From assembly GCA_030145365.1 (NCBI GenBank), contig JAQYVS010000212.1, forward strand, positions 1-37,820: 37,820 nt of DNA, read 5' to 3'. Under the pieces are notes generated by a model. That model was not told where the DNA came from. It saw only the letters and a list, made by a program, of their open reading frames with translations, and searched no databases. Position 1 is the stretch's first letter. Every line of letters starts with the position of its first letter. Positions 1 to 8,004 of the stretch are shown here, piece by piece. Position numbers and translations under genes: made by a program. The DNA is from Desulfofustis sp. (GTDB taxonomy: Bacteria; Desulfobacterota; Desulfobulbia; Desulfobulbales; Desulfocapsaceae).

Positions 1-1
1 G

Positions 2-193
2 TATCTGAACCGAGGGTCCACCGGAGCGTTGGTTGAACGTCACCCATTCGGCGGTTTTAAGATGTCCGGCGTCGGCTCAAAGGCAGGAGGGCCCGATTAT
101 CTGCTGCAGTTTATGGATCCGAGACTGGTATCTGAAAATACGATGCGCAGAGGTTTTGCCCCTATCAAGGAAGATGATGACTGGATTGACTGA
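2..193 (+). CDS. 3' end of an aldehyde-dehydrogenase-family gene (L-glutamate gamma-semialdehyde / 1-pyrroline-5-carboxylate dehydrogenase-like); the 5' part lies outside the window
   Basis: Absent from the ORF track because it has no start in the window. Frame 2 is open from nt 2 to TGA at 191-193: [63 protein letters not shown]. The [16 protein letters not shown] block is the conserved C-terminal region of P5C-dehydrogenase-type ALDHs. Confidence 0.7.
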   Translation, partial: YLNRGSTGALVERHPFGGFKMSGVGSKAGGPDYLLQFMDPRLVSENTMRRGFAPIKEDDDWID

Positions 194-266
194 GGAAGAT
201 TATATCGTCGAGATGAGCCGGATTGGAAACCTGTTTAACGCTAATTTCCCGACCCGGCCATCTGAA

Positions 267-662
267 TCATGTGGTGGAAATCGTTAGTTCCACTGCATTT
301 TTTATTGTGTTGGCCACAATACAACCCCGTTCAGCGATAACGAGCAATTTTTCAAACTCATCGGCATCCTGATAATCACCTGATACCTGTAAATCTATCT
401 TTGAAAAACGCGGGGGTGTCCCGTCCAGCTGTGCCTTGATGGTGATCTGAAGATCTTTCATCGCTAAATCCCGAGTCTTGACCGCAGAAAGAAGATTGCT
501 CATATAACAACCACCCAGGCCGATCAGAAACAATTCACCTCCCATGGCTCCCGCATCTTCTCCGCCCTTTGCCTTGGGTCGATCGCAGAAAACCCGATGC
601 TCACGCGCCTGCCCCTCAGAGGTGGATTCCGAACTTTGTCGTACCTCGACCTGTACTTCCAT
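267..662 (-). CDS. OsmC/Ohr-family peroxiredoxin-like stress protein
   Basis: 131 aa with ATG at 662 and an AGGAAG RBS upstream on the minus strand. Two conserved Cys regions typical of OsmC are present (GLGGCYMSNL and AERGCIVANT). The 18-nt gap to the upstream PilZ gene suggests co-transcription. Confidence 0.85.
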   Translation of the reverse strand: MEVQVEVRQSSESTSEGQAREHRVFCDRPKAKGGEDAGAMGGELFLIGLGGCYMSNLLSAVKTRDLAMKDLQITIKAQLDGTPPRFSKIDLQVSGDYQDADEFEKLLVIAERGCIVANTIKNAVELTISTT

Positions 663-680
663 AATTATCTTCCTTATCGC

Positions 681-1697
681 TTACTCTTCTTCTGACTGGT
701 CATCAACCGACCAGTCACATGGAAATGATTTAAACAGTTCTTCTTCAATTCTGTCGTGTAACCTGACATGAACCGTGTAATCATTATGGAGATGAAAGCT
801 TACTTTGGTAATAATACCTTGTTGCACCCAGCACGCGTCTTCACCACCGGAAAAAACCGCCGAAATCTCAATTGTCCTGGCCAGAATTGCTCGTGCCGTT
901 TCGTAGTTGGAACACTTTATGTCAAAACAGAGCCCGGTCCGGGAAATATCGGTCAAGGGGCCCTTGAAGTAATTCTCGCTCGGTTTTCCTTCTTGATCAA
1001 GTATGGTTGCAGTTACAACTCCTGATACCGGAAATCTTGGCGATGAACGCCTGTCCAGGTTTTTTTGAGCCACCCCTGATTTACTCTTCCCTGTTTTTTG
1101 GCAGAAATCACGGAGTTTTTCATACAATCCCGGCTGCATTTCATGCCATTTCTCCGCCGCCGACCTGGTCAGACTGTATAGGTTCACCTCCGACTGGGTT
1201 GCTGCCGATAACGGACACAGGGAAATTTCGAAAAAACTCTCTTCACCTACGATATCACCCCTTGCCAGTTCCAGAACCACTTTGTTTTTGTCCTCCTTGC
1301 GGTAAAAGAGCACAACCTTGCCGCTGTCGATAAAAAATAGTCGGTTACTCACCTTGCCCTGAACCTGAAGCAGTTTGCTCGGTTCTATGGTCGCCGGTTC
1401 AAGACTGTAGAACAGGCTGTTGGTCTCCTCGGTATTACATTCCTGGTACAACTCCTGCCAGACTGCCAGGTGATCCTTATCCAGCAGCTTGAATTTCTGT
1501 TCCTCGATAATTTCACCGGTGGAAACGATGAGATTCAGGTTCATAGGATCGCCGGCGATCAGTTCTTCGCGCAGCGCATCCGCCTCTGCAAAATCTCCAC
1601 GCAAAGCCGCTTCTTTAATGATACCCGCCAGATTCTGGCTGTTCCGCGCCGAAATTTGAGCCGCCTGTGTATCGGCTGTGTTGTTATCGGTCGACAT
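681..1697 (-). CDS. Cyclic-nucleotide-binding-like domain fused to a C-terminal PilZ (c-di-GMP receptor) domain
   Basis: The track ORF starts at TTG 1700. ATG at 1697 is preceded by AGGAG plus 7 nt. The middle region is a cNMP-binding beta-barrel (RLFFIDSGKVVLFYRKED...GDIVGEESFF...PLSAAT). The C-terminus has perfect PilZ motifs RRSSPR (RRxxxR) and DISRTG (DxSxxG). Confidence 0.85.
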   Translation of the reverse strand: MSTDNNTADTQAAQISARNSQNLAGIIKEAALRGDFAEADALREELIAGDPMNLNLIVSTGEIIEEQKFKLLDKDHLAVWQELYQECNTEETNSLFYSLEPATIEPSKLLQVQGKVSNRLFFIDSGKVVLFYRKEDKNKVVLELARGDIVGEESFFEISLCPLSAATQSEVNLYSLTRSAAEKWHEMQPGLYEKLRDFCQKTGKSKSGVAQKNLDRRSSPRFPVSGVVTATILDQEGKPSENYFKGPLTDISRTGLCFDIKCSNYETARAILARTIEISAVFSGGEDACWVQQGIITKVSFHLHNDYTVHVRLHDRIEEELFKSFPCDWSVDDQSEEE

Positions 1698-1845
1698 CAA
1701 TCAACTCCTGTATTGTGAAAATCCACCTTTATTGCACCTGCTGTTTGCCCATGGAACCTATTTAAATCACAGTCCCTTGTCATTATTGCATATAAAGTTG
1801 AAATATGTCAAAAAACGAGCATTAACTTTTATTCAACTGACAATT

Positions 1846-2616
1846 ATGATTATCATACTATCTTCGGCAAAAACCCAGGCAGTCCCTCCATCTTTTAATC
1901 TGAGGGGCCACCAGCCCCCCCTGCTTGAGCGGACTCAGATGCTGGTCAACAGATGTCTTGAACTCAGTAAAGACGATATCGCCGCGGTAATGAAGGTGAG
2001 CGACAGGCTGGCGGAAAGCACCTGGCAAAGATTTCAGGAATTTAACTTCCCCCACGTGAGTCCCCAGGCAGCTCCCGCGCTCATCACCTTTGGCGGCACT
2101 GTTTTTTCTGAAATTAAGCATCTGGGCTATACAACAGAAGATTTCTCTTTTGCCCATCAACGACTGCGCATTCTCTCCGGTCTTTACGGTATACTTCGCC
2201 CGTTGGATCTGATGCAGCCGTATCGTTTGGAAATGGGGATGAAGATCGGTCTCGGTCAGGCAGGAAATCTATACGACTTCTGGTCAGACAGTATTACCGA
2301 TCAACTGAACAAGGATCTCAAACAGGTCGACAGTGAACTTCTTGTCAACTGCGCCTCAAAGGAATATTCTCGGGCAGTTCAGACAAAAGAACTCAAAGGC
2401 ACCATGCTGAATATGGCATTTAAACAACAAAAAAACGGTACCATTAAGACAATTGCCGTCTATGCCAAAAAGGCCCGGGGAATGTTTGTGGACTGGTTTC
2501 TTATAAATCGAATATCAGATACGGATCAACTTAAAAAATTCAAGCGAGGCGGCTATCGATTTTTCCCTGAATTGTCAAACGACAGGGAGTTCGTTTTTGT
2601 CACTGAACTGCAGTAG
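1846..2616 (+). CDS. yaaA: Peroxide stress protein YaaA (UPF0246/DUF328)
   Basis: The track ORF 1678-2616 starts at GTG. Similarity to E. coli YaaA (MLILISPAKTLD...) begins at ATG 1846 (MIIILSSAKTQ...). Conserved blocks LSGLYGILRPLDLMQPYRLEMG and VYAKKARG are present. Confidence 0.9.
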   Translation: MIIILSSAKTQAVPPSFNLRGHQPPLLERTQMLVNRCLELSKDDIAAVMKVSDRLAESTWQRFQEFNFPHVSPQAAPALITFGGTVFSEIKHLGYTTEDFSFAHQRLRILSGLYGILRPLDLMQPYRLEMGMKIGLGQAGNLYDFWSDSITDQLNKDLKQVDSELLVNCASKEYSRAVQTKELKGTMLNMAFKQQKNGTIKTIAVYAKKARGMFVDWFLINRISDTDQLKKFKRGGYRFFPELSNDREFVFVTELQ

Positions 2617-2743
2617 AAAAGCGAACACCGTGAATACATGATGTAACAACGGTTCTTGGTAAGAGACACGTGAGACTGGACCTGGATACAAGGGGTTCTG
2701 CCAAACCACTCAATATCCCATAAAGGGATTTGGACAATGACCC

Positions 2744-2782
2744 GATGAGGCATCTTTTAACACGGTCAGAAGATGCCTCATC
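2744..2782. terminator. Perfect 13-bp stem hairpin between the convergent yaaA and garR genes; probable (bidirectional) terminator
   Basis: GATGAGGCATCTT (2744-2756) and AAGATGCCTCATC (2770-2782) are exact reverse complements with a 13-nt loop. A T-rich run (GTTCTATTTT) follows on the plus strand. The hairpin starts 8 nt after the garR stop on the minus strand. Confidence 0.5.
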
Positions 2783-2790
2783 GTTCTATT

Positions 2791-3675
2791 TTACCGAGAT
2801 ACTTCCACCTGTGCTGCTTTTTCGTAGTAACGCACCAAGGCTCCATGATCAAGTCCCTGCATACCATCAACCTTGAGCGCCTGCATGATTTCCATGACAC
2901 CTGCGGTCAGAGGTAGGGGAACGCCGATCTCGTGGGCTGTTTCGAGTACATTTGCCAAATCTTTGATGTGCAACTCAATGCGGAACCCGGGATCGAATTT
3001 TCGGTCAAGCACGAGCGGCGCCTTGGCATCAAGCACAGTGCTGCCAGCCAATCCACCACGGATAGCCTGATAAACGAGTTCCGGTTCGACACCAGCTTTG
3101 GAAGCCAGTACCAGAGCTTCCGACATGGCGGCGATATTCAAGGCAACAATAATCTGATTGGCAAGTTTAGTAATATTGCCTGCGCCGATGCTGCCGGTGT
3201 AAACTACGGAACCGGCCATGGCATCCATGATATCAAAGCATGTATCGAAAATCTCCTTTTTGCCGCCAACCATTACAGAAATAGTGCCGTCAATGGCTTT
3301 GGGTTCTCCTCCGCTGACGGGCGCATCGAGCATCTCCACTCCATTTTTTTCCAACTCTTTGGCAACTTCACGGCTGGCCAGCGGAGCAATTGAGCTCATA
3401 TCAATGACGACCGAACCGGACTTTGCACCCTCAATAACTCCATTTTCACCCAGTATAACCGTTTTCACATGGGGGGAGTTGGGAAGCATGGTGATGATTA
3501 CGTCTGTTTGCTCGGCGACGGCCTTTGGCGAATCAGCAGCTGCTGCTCCTGCAGCGACAACCTCTTCTACAGCAGGTTTATTCAGATCCATCACCACCAG
3601 ATCGTACCCCTTTTTGAGCAGATTTTTACTCATGGGTTTGCCCATAATTCCAAGACCGATAAATCCAATTTTCAT
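2791..3675 (-). CDS. garR: 2-hydroxy-3-oxopropionate (tartronate semialdehyde) reductase
   Basis: 294 aa, collinear with E. coli GarR/GlxR as I recall them. Shared blocks include MKIGFIGLGIMGKPMSKNLLK, ITMLPNSPHV, DAPVSGGEPKAIDGT, GAGNITKLANQIIVALNIAAMSEAL and GFRIELHIKDLAN. ATG is at 3675 with an AGGAGA RBS. Confidence 0.9.
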   Translation of the reverse strand: MKIGFIGLGIMGKPMSKNLLKKGYDLVVMDLNKPAVEEVVAAGAAAADSPKAVAEQTDVIITMLPNSPHVKTVILGENGVIEGAKSGSVVIDMSSIAPLASREVAKELEKNGVEMLDAPVSGGEPKAIDGTISVMVGGKKEIFDTCFDIMDAMAGSVVYTGSIGAGNITKLANQIIVALNIAAMSEALVLASKAGVEPELVYQAIRGGLAGSTVLDAKAPLVLDRKFDPGFRIELHIKDLANVLETAHEIGVPLPLTAGVMEIMQALKVDGMQGLDHGALVRYYEKAAQVEVSR

Positions 3676-3722
3676 AGTTCTCTCCTGTTAAGACTTCAAT
3701 AATAGATGATGAGTATGATGCA

Positions 3723-4496
3723 TTAATATTTTTTCAGCCAGCCAAGTCCAGCTTCAGTATCACCGGCCGGTATGTATTCACAGCCAATCCAGCCGGAATA
3801 CCCGGATTCGTCAATGGCCTTGAATACGTTTTCAAAATTGATTTCTCCGCTGCCCGGTTCGTGACGGCCCGGATTGTCAGCAAGCTGAATATGACCAATC
3901 CGATCAACCAGAGTCGTAATGCTGTTGATCAGCTCACCTTCCATCCGCTGCATATGATAAATATCGTATTGCAATTGCATATTGGCATGACCAATCTGAT
4001 CCAGCAGATCAATAGTCTGCAGTGAGCCCACCAGATGAAAACCGGGAAAATTTTTATCGTTGAGCGGCTCAACCAGCAGTTTGATCTGCTCCTTTTCCAA
4101 GGCATCTGCGGCAAAACGCAAATTATTGATGAGCGTCTGTTGAATTGCTTCATCAGATTCATTTTCTGGTGTCAAACCCACCAGGCAATTGAGCCGTGGA
4201 CAGGTGAGCGCTTTGGCGTATTCCACTGCTTTTCCCACACCGTCCTGGAATTCCTGCTCTCGGCCTGGAAGACAGGCGATACCCCGTTCTCCGGCTGCCC
4301 AATCCCCTGCCGGGAGATTGTGTAAAACCTGCTTCAAGCCATACGTTCCCAAAACTTCGACCAGCTGGTCAACCGGCCAATCGTATGGGAACAGGTACTC
4401 CACCGCACTGAATCCGTTGTTCGCGGCCTTCTCAAAGCGGTCAAGAAATTCCACTTCGTTAAATAACATGGTCAGATTTGCATTAAATTTCGGCAT
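3723..4496 (-). CDS. hyi: Hydroxypyruvate isomerase
   Basis: The track ORF extends to TTG 4574, but similarity to E. coli Hyi starts at ATG 4496 (MPKFNANLTMLFNE...). Conserved blocks HNLPAGDWAAGERGIACLPGR, LQYDIYHMQRMEGEL and GWIGCEY are present. A 47-nt gap separates it from garR, so they are probably one operon. Confidence 0.9.
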   Translation of the reverse strand: MPKFNANLTMLFNEVEFLDRFEKAANNGFSAVEYLFPYDWPVDQLVEVLGTYGLKQVLHNLPAGDWAAGERGIACLPGREQEFQDGVGKAVEYAKALTCPRLNCLVGLTPENESDEAIQQTLINNLRFAADALEKEQIKLLVEPLNDKNFPGFHLVGSLQTIDLLDQIGHANMQLQYDIYHMQRMEGELINSITTLVDRIGHIQLADNPGRHEPGSGEINFENVFKAIDESGYSGWIGCEYIPAGDTEAGLGWLKKY

Positions 4497-4570
4497 AACA
4501 ATTCTCTTTGAGGTTACTGCAACCGGTACTCCAATATGATTGCATATTTGACATAAGTATCCTAGAATGA

Positions 4571-4605
4571 TCAAACATCAGATAAGCATAACATCTGATG
4601 TTTGA
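4571..4605. promoter_or_regulatory. Perfect 13-bp inverted repeat (candidate operator) in the hyi / GntR-regulator divergent control region
   Basis: TCAAACATCAGAT (4571-4583), a 9-nt spacer, then ATCTGATGTTTGA (4593-4605); the arms are exact reverse complements. It lies 75-109 nt upstream of the hyi ATG. Confidence 0.5.
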
Positions 4606-4706
4606 ATTTTGTATTGTACTTTTACTCTTGTGTCAATAGAAATGTATCTATTCACACAACTTATTTTCAACGGCAGTAATCTTAGGATATCTATTTGATT
4701 TTATAA

Positions 4707-4729
4707 TTATTTGTTCTCAATACAAATAA
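4707..4729. promoter_or_regulatory. 8-bp inverted repeat with a GT-N-AC core, candidate GntR-type autoregulatory operator
   Basis: TTATTTGT (4707-4714), 7 nt, then ACAAATAA (4722-4729), 39-61 nt upstream of the regulator ATG at 4768. It fits the loose GntR-family pattern (GT...AC palindrome). The sequence is AT-rich, so chance occurrence is possible. Confidence 0.35.
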
Positions 4730-4767
4730 CAAATTGATGGTCAAAACTCGACTATGCAAACTCACCA

Positions 4768-5478
4768 ATGAACCCACAACGATTTAATCTAAAGCGAAAG
4801 CGACTTGCCGACCAAATTGCCGATCAGCTGATGGAAATGATCACCGAGGGGAGTTTAAAACCGGGGGACAAACTCCCATCCGAACCGGAACTGATGCAGC
4901 AGTTTCAAGTGGGACGAAGCTCGATCAGAGAAGCCATCGGGGCCCTTTCCCTGATTGGCCTGATCAGTGTCAGGCCGGGCCACGGTACCCATGTTGCCCA
5001 TTTCACGTCAGAGCAGCAGGCCAAACCAATCGGCTTGATAGGTATCGGCAAAGAACGAATCCGTGAACTGGTTGAAGCTCGAATAGAACTCGAATGTGTC
5101 ATCGTCCGTCTTGCAGCCGAACGGGCAAATACAAACGACCTCATTAACATCAGAAAAAAACATCAGCAATTAAGAGATGCTCTGAATAAAAAGAGCGAAC
5201 CGATGAAACATGATCTGGCTTTCCATATGGCTTTGGCCGAAGCCTGTCATAACACTGTTTTAACCAGGTTTTTTCTGGAAATGCGGCAACCGATCCAACA
5301 ATGGATGGAACAGAAGGCCAAATATGACTGGGGCTACGATCAGGTGTATGAGCAGCATGATACGATTTTTACAGCTATTGAGGCACACGATAACGCGGCT
5401 GCGGAAGAGGCTCTTAAAGCCCATCTGCTCTCCACCGGTGAACAATTGGTAACAGCAATCCTGAGCACCGATGAATAA
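4768..5478 (+). CDS. GntR-family transcriptional regulator, FadR subfamily (FCD C-terminal domain)
   Basis: 236 aa. The N-terminal winged HTH reads LPSEPELMQQFQVGRSSIREAIGALSLIGLISVRPGHGTHV. An all-helical C-terminal ligand domain follows. Confidence 0.9.
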   Translation: MNPQRFNLKRKRLADQIADQLMEMITEGSLKPGDKLPSEPELMQQFQVGRSSIREAIGALSLIGLISVRPGHGTHVAHFTSEQQAKPIGLIGIGKERIRELVEARIELECVIVRLAAERANTNDLINIRKKHQQLRDALNKKSEPMKHDLAFHMALAEACHNTVLTRFFLEMRQPIQQWMEQKAKYDWGYDQVYEQHDTIFTAIEAHDNAAAEEALKAHLLSTGEQLVTAILSTDE

Positions 5479-5505
5479 GATTAACCTCTTCACCCATAGT
5501 TAATT

Positions 5506-6792
5506 ATGCAGACAAAGATACTTTATGGAAAAGGCTTATTGCCCATTGACCTGCCTGAGCAGATAAGCGTTTCTGAAATAAACAAATATCCGATGCCGAT
5601 CATCGATGACGCTGATTCAGCCGTACGTGGAGCGTTTAAACAACCAATAGACAGTCCGCCTTTAGCTGAGCTTGCCAAAGGAAAAAAAGACGCCTGCATC
5701 CTGATCTGCGATATCACCAGGCCCGTTCCCAACGGCACTATCCTGCCGCCATTGGTTGACACCCTCATCTCAGCCGGAATCGCCAGAGATAAAATCCTCA
5801 TTCTCGTTGCCACCGGGCTTCATCGGCCCAATGAGGGAGAGGAATTACGGGAGTTGATCGGTAACGATGAGATTTATAATTCAATTCGCATTGAAAACCA
5901 CTTTGCCCGGGACCGTGACGCCCACGTTGATTTAGGCTTCACCACCGGCGATATTCCGATCGGAATCGACAAACGTTTCTATCATGCTGATCTGCGTCTG
6001 ATCACCGGTCTGGTTGAGCCGCATTTCATGGCCGGTTATTCTGGTGGAAGAAAAGTGGTAGCACCTGGTGTTGCCTACCAGGATACGATTTTAAAATTTC
6101 ATACCGCCCATATACTCGAACATGAACGAGCGGTGAGTTGTGTTATGGAGGGCAATCCACTCCATCAGGCCCAGCTTGAAATCATCCGGAAAATCGGAGC
6201 TATTTATGCGGTAAACACCGTCATCGACGACAAACGCAGAATGGGGCTGGTGACGTTTGGAAACATTGAATCAAGTCATCTTGAGGCGGTCAGCTTCATG
6301 AAACGTTACTCGGAGGTTGACGTCAACCGCAAATTCAAGACCATTGTCACCTCTGCCGGCGGTTATCCGCTGGATAAGACCTATTATCAGACGGTAAAAG
6401 GAATGGTAGGCCCCATGGATATTCTGGAACCGGGCGGCACCATAATCATCGCCAGTGAATGTTCCGAGGGAATGGGCAGCAAGGAATTTGTCTCGGCACA
6501 GCAGCTGCTCTGTAAAATCGGCCATGACAAATTCATGACCCTGCTCGAAACGCGCAGCGAAGCGTTGATTGATGAATGGCAGACCGAAATGTTGCTCAAG
6601 CCCTTACGAAAAGGTAGCATTAAACTTTACACCACCAACCTTAAGAAAGCAGAACTCGAGCAGACCTATGTCGAAGCGGTAACCTCGGTTGAACAGGCAA
6701 TTTTACAGAGTATTCAAGAGCAGGGCAGCAACGAAATTGCCGTGATTCCAGAAGGTCCCTATGTTGTACCACGCTACAGCCCGGAGAGCTAA
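5506..6792 (+). CDS. LarA-family nickel-pincer-cofactor-dependent 2-hydroxyacid racemase/epimerase homologue (DUF2088); substrate unknown
   Basis: 428 aa, collinear with L. plantarum lactate racemase LarA as recalled. Shared blocks are CDITRPVP, ATGLHRP (His108 position), EPHFMAGYSGGRK (cofactor-tethering Lys184 position) and GGYPLDKTYYQTVKG. It starts 27 nt downstream of the GntR gene. Confidence 0.85.
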   Translation: MQTKILYGKGLLPIDLPEQISVSEINKYPMPIIDDADSAVRGAFKQPIDSPPLAELAKGKKDACILICDITRPVPNGTILPPLVDTLISAGIARDKILILVATGLHRPNEGEELRELIGNDEIYNSIRIENHFARDRDAHVDLGFTTGDIPIGIDKRFYHADLRLITGLVEPHFMAGYSGGRKVVAPGVAYQDTILKFHTAHILEHERAVSCVMEGNPLHQAQLEIIRKIGAIYAVNTVIDDKRRMGLVTFGNIESSHLEAVSFMKRYSEVDVNRKFKTIVTSAGGYPLDKTYYQTVKGMVGPMDILEPGGTIIIASECSEGMGSKEFVSAQQLLCKIGHDKFMTLLETRSEALIDEWQTEMLLKPLRKGSIKLYTTNLKKAELEQTYVEAVTSVEQAILQSIQEQGSNEIAVIPEGPYVVPRYSPES

Positions 6793-6813
6793 AATGTGGG
6801 CAAGCGGCCACGA

Positions 6814-8004
6814 TTAATTCAGAAAGTCATTGAATTCCGACCTGACTCTGGAGAATTTGATCGCAAATCCTAGCCCTTCAAACTTGTTGGTGATTTTCTT
6901 CATTGTATTGATTCCGACCACGCGGCCGTCTTCAGTTACCAGCGGTCCCCCTGAATTACCCGGGTAGATTTCAGCATTGGTCTGAATGAAATCCCCGCGG
7001 TTGTTGGAAACAACACCAGAGGTAACACTGTTGTTCAACTTCAGCGGAGACCCGATCGCATAGACGTTTTGCCCCAACGATAAGGGACCGTCTTCTTCAA
7101 CCAGATACGGTGTTTTATAGCCGTCAAGCTTCAGCAGGGCCAGATCATAGGTATCGCTTACCCGGTAAAAAACTGCTGACTTTTCGCTACCGTCGGCTAA
7201 AACTACACCAAAGCGGGTTTGGCCGGACAAGCGTTTACTCGTCTGATAGAATGTGTTTTTGCGACTATTGAATTCTGCCTGTGCGTTCTGGTATTCGCTA
7301 TAACGACTGGAAAAATCATCTTTCCACTGTTTGAAATAGTTCTCCCGCTGTGTAAGGCCTGATTCGAATTCGGCACGCTGCTCCTGATCTATCTGGCTTG
7401 TATGATCTTTCAGAGCTCTACGGTATTTCTGCCGGCTGTCTGAGAGGTTTTTTTGATAGTTTTCAAGACGTTTTTTTTCCTGTACCAGACTCGTCTGCAC
7501 TTTTTTCAGACGATCCTCTGTCTCATTGATTTTACCAACCACCCGCTCATCGTCTGCTCTGCTGCCCCTAATCACGTGACGATTAGTGACTATCAATCCG
7601 TCATCACTGATAAAAAAGCCTGATCCATGCCCTGCTTCGGTAACGATCGTGATGACCGAAAGATTGGCCTGTTCAATGGCTGTTGTCGGCCCAAGTTCCT
7701 CATTCAGCATTTCAGCAAGGTCTTTTTCCCCAGAACTCTTGCCGGCTGCGCTTTTGCCCGGTTGGTTCTCTCTTACTGCTTCTGGAACTGGATGCTGATC
7801 GTAGTGAATAGAGGCTACTTCAGACAGATCGATGGTGATCATCCCGCCAAATTGTTGGTAACTGAGACGAGAGCCGTCTCGTTGGACGGAATCGGTTCGG
7901 ATGACCGTTCCGTTTTTTAAATGCAGTTCATGGGCGTCAAGCGTGAGGGCTAGCACAAATGTAGCCAACACACCTATGAATAATAAGAATCGAGTTATGT
8001 CCAT
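6814..8004 (-). CDS. Secreted trypsin-like (S1/HtrA-like fold) serine protease without a PDZ domain, carrying a large coiled-coil insertion
   Basis: 396 aa with an N-terminal signal sequence (MDITRFLLFIGVLATFVLALTLDA). The catalytic triad contexts are VTNRHV (His143), YDLALLKL (Asp287) and GNSGGPLV (Ser351). Confidence 0.8.
   Translation of the reverse strand: MDITRFLLFIGVLATFVLALTLDAHELHLKNGTVIRTDSVQRDGSRLSYQQFGGMITIDLSEVASIHYDQHPVPEAVRENQPGKSAAGKSSGEKDLAEMLNEELGPTTAIEQANLSVITIVTEAGHGSGFFISDDGLIVTNRHVIRGSRADDERVVGKINETEDRLKKVQTSLVQEKKRLENYQKNLSDSRQKYRRALKDHTSQIDQEQRAEFESGLTQRENYFKQWKDDFSSRYSEYQNAQAEFNSRKNTFYQTSKRLSGQTRFGVVLADGSEKSAVFYRVSDTYDLALLKLDGYKTPYLVEEDGPLSLGQNVYAIGSPLKLNNSVTSGVVSNNRGDFIQTNAEIYPGNSGGPLVTEDGRVVGINTMKKITNKFEGLGFAIKFSRVRSEFNDFLN

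Noticed and set aside
33-287. 84-aa plus-strand ORF from the track at the window start
   Set aside because: - It starts at TTG.
- Its low-complexity, Cys/Arg-rich translation has no recognisable motif.
- It overlaps, in another frame, the clearly conserved ALDH C-terminus (frame 2, stop at 191-193), so it is a shadow ORF.
1678-1845. N-terminal extension of yaaA (GTG start at 1678)
   Set aside because: - YaaA homology starts exactly at ATG 1846.
- The extension would run through the divergent promoter region shared with the PilZ gene.
2873-3702. Several plus-strand ORFs (65-157 aa) antisense to garR. Similar antisense ORFs lie inside bamA, mfd, prpE, sucC/D, the 5S gene (e.g. 32552-33223) and the mutase gene (e.g. 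35655-36125).
   Set aside because: They are shadow ORFs on the opposite strand or in alternative frames of strongly supported genes. Their translations are low-complexity with no motifs.
4497-4574. N-terminal extension of hyi (TTG start at 4574)
   Set aside because: - Hyi homology starts at ATG 4496.
- The extension would overlap the perfect inverted repeat at 4571-4605.
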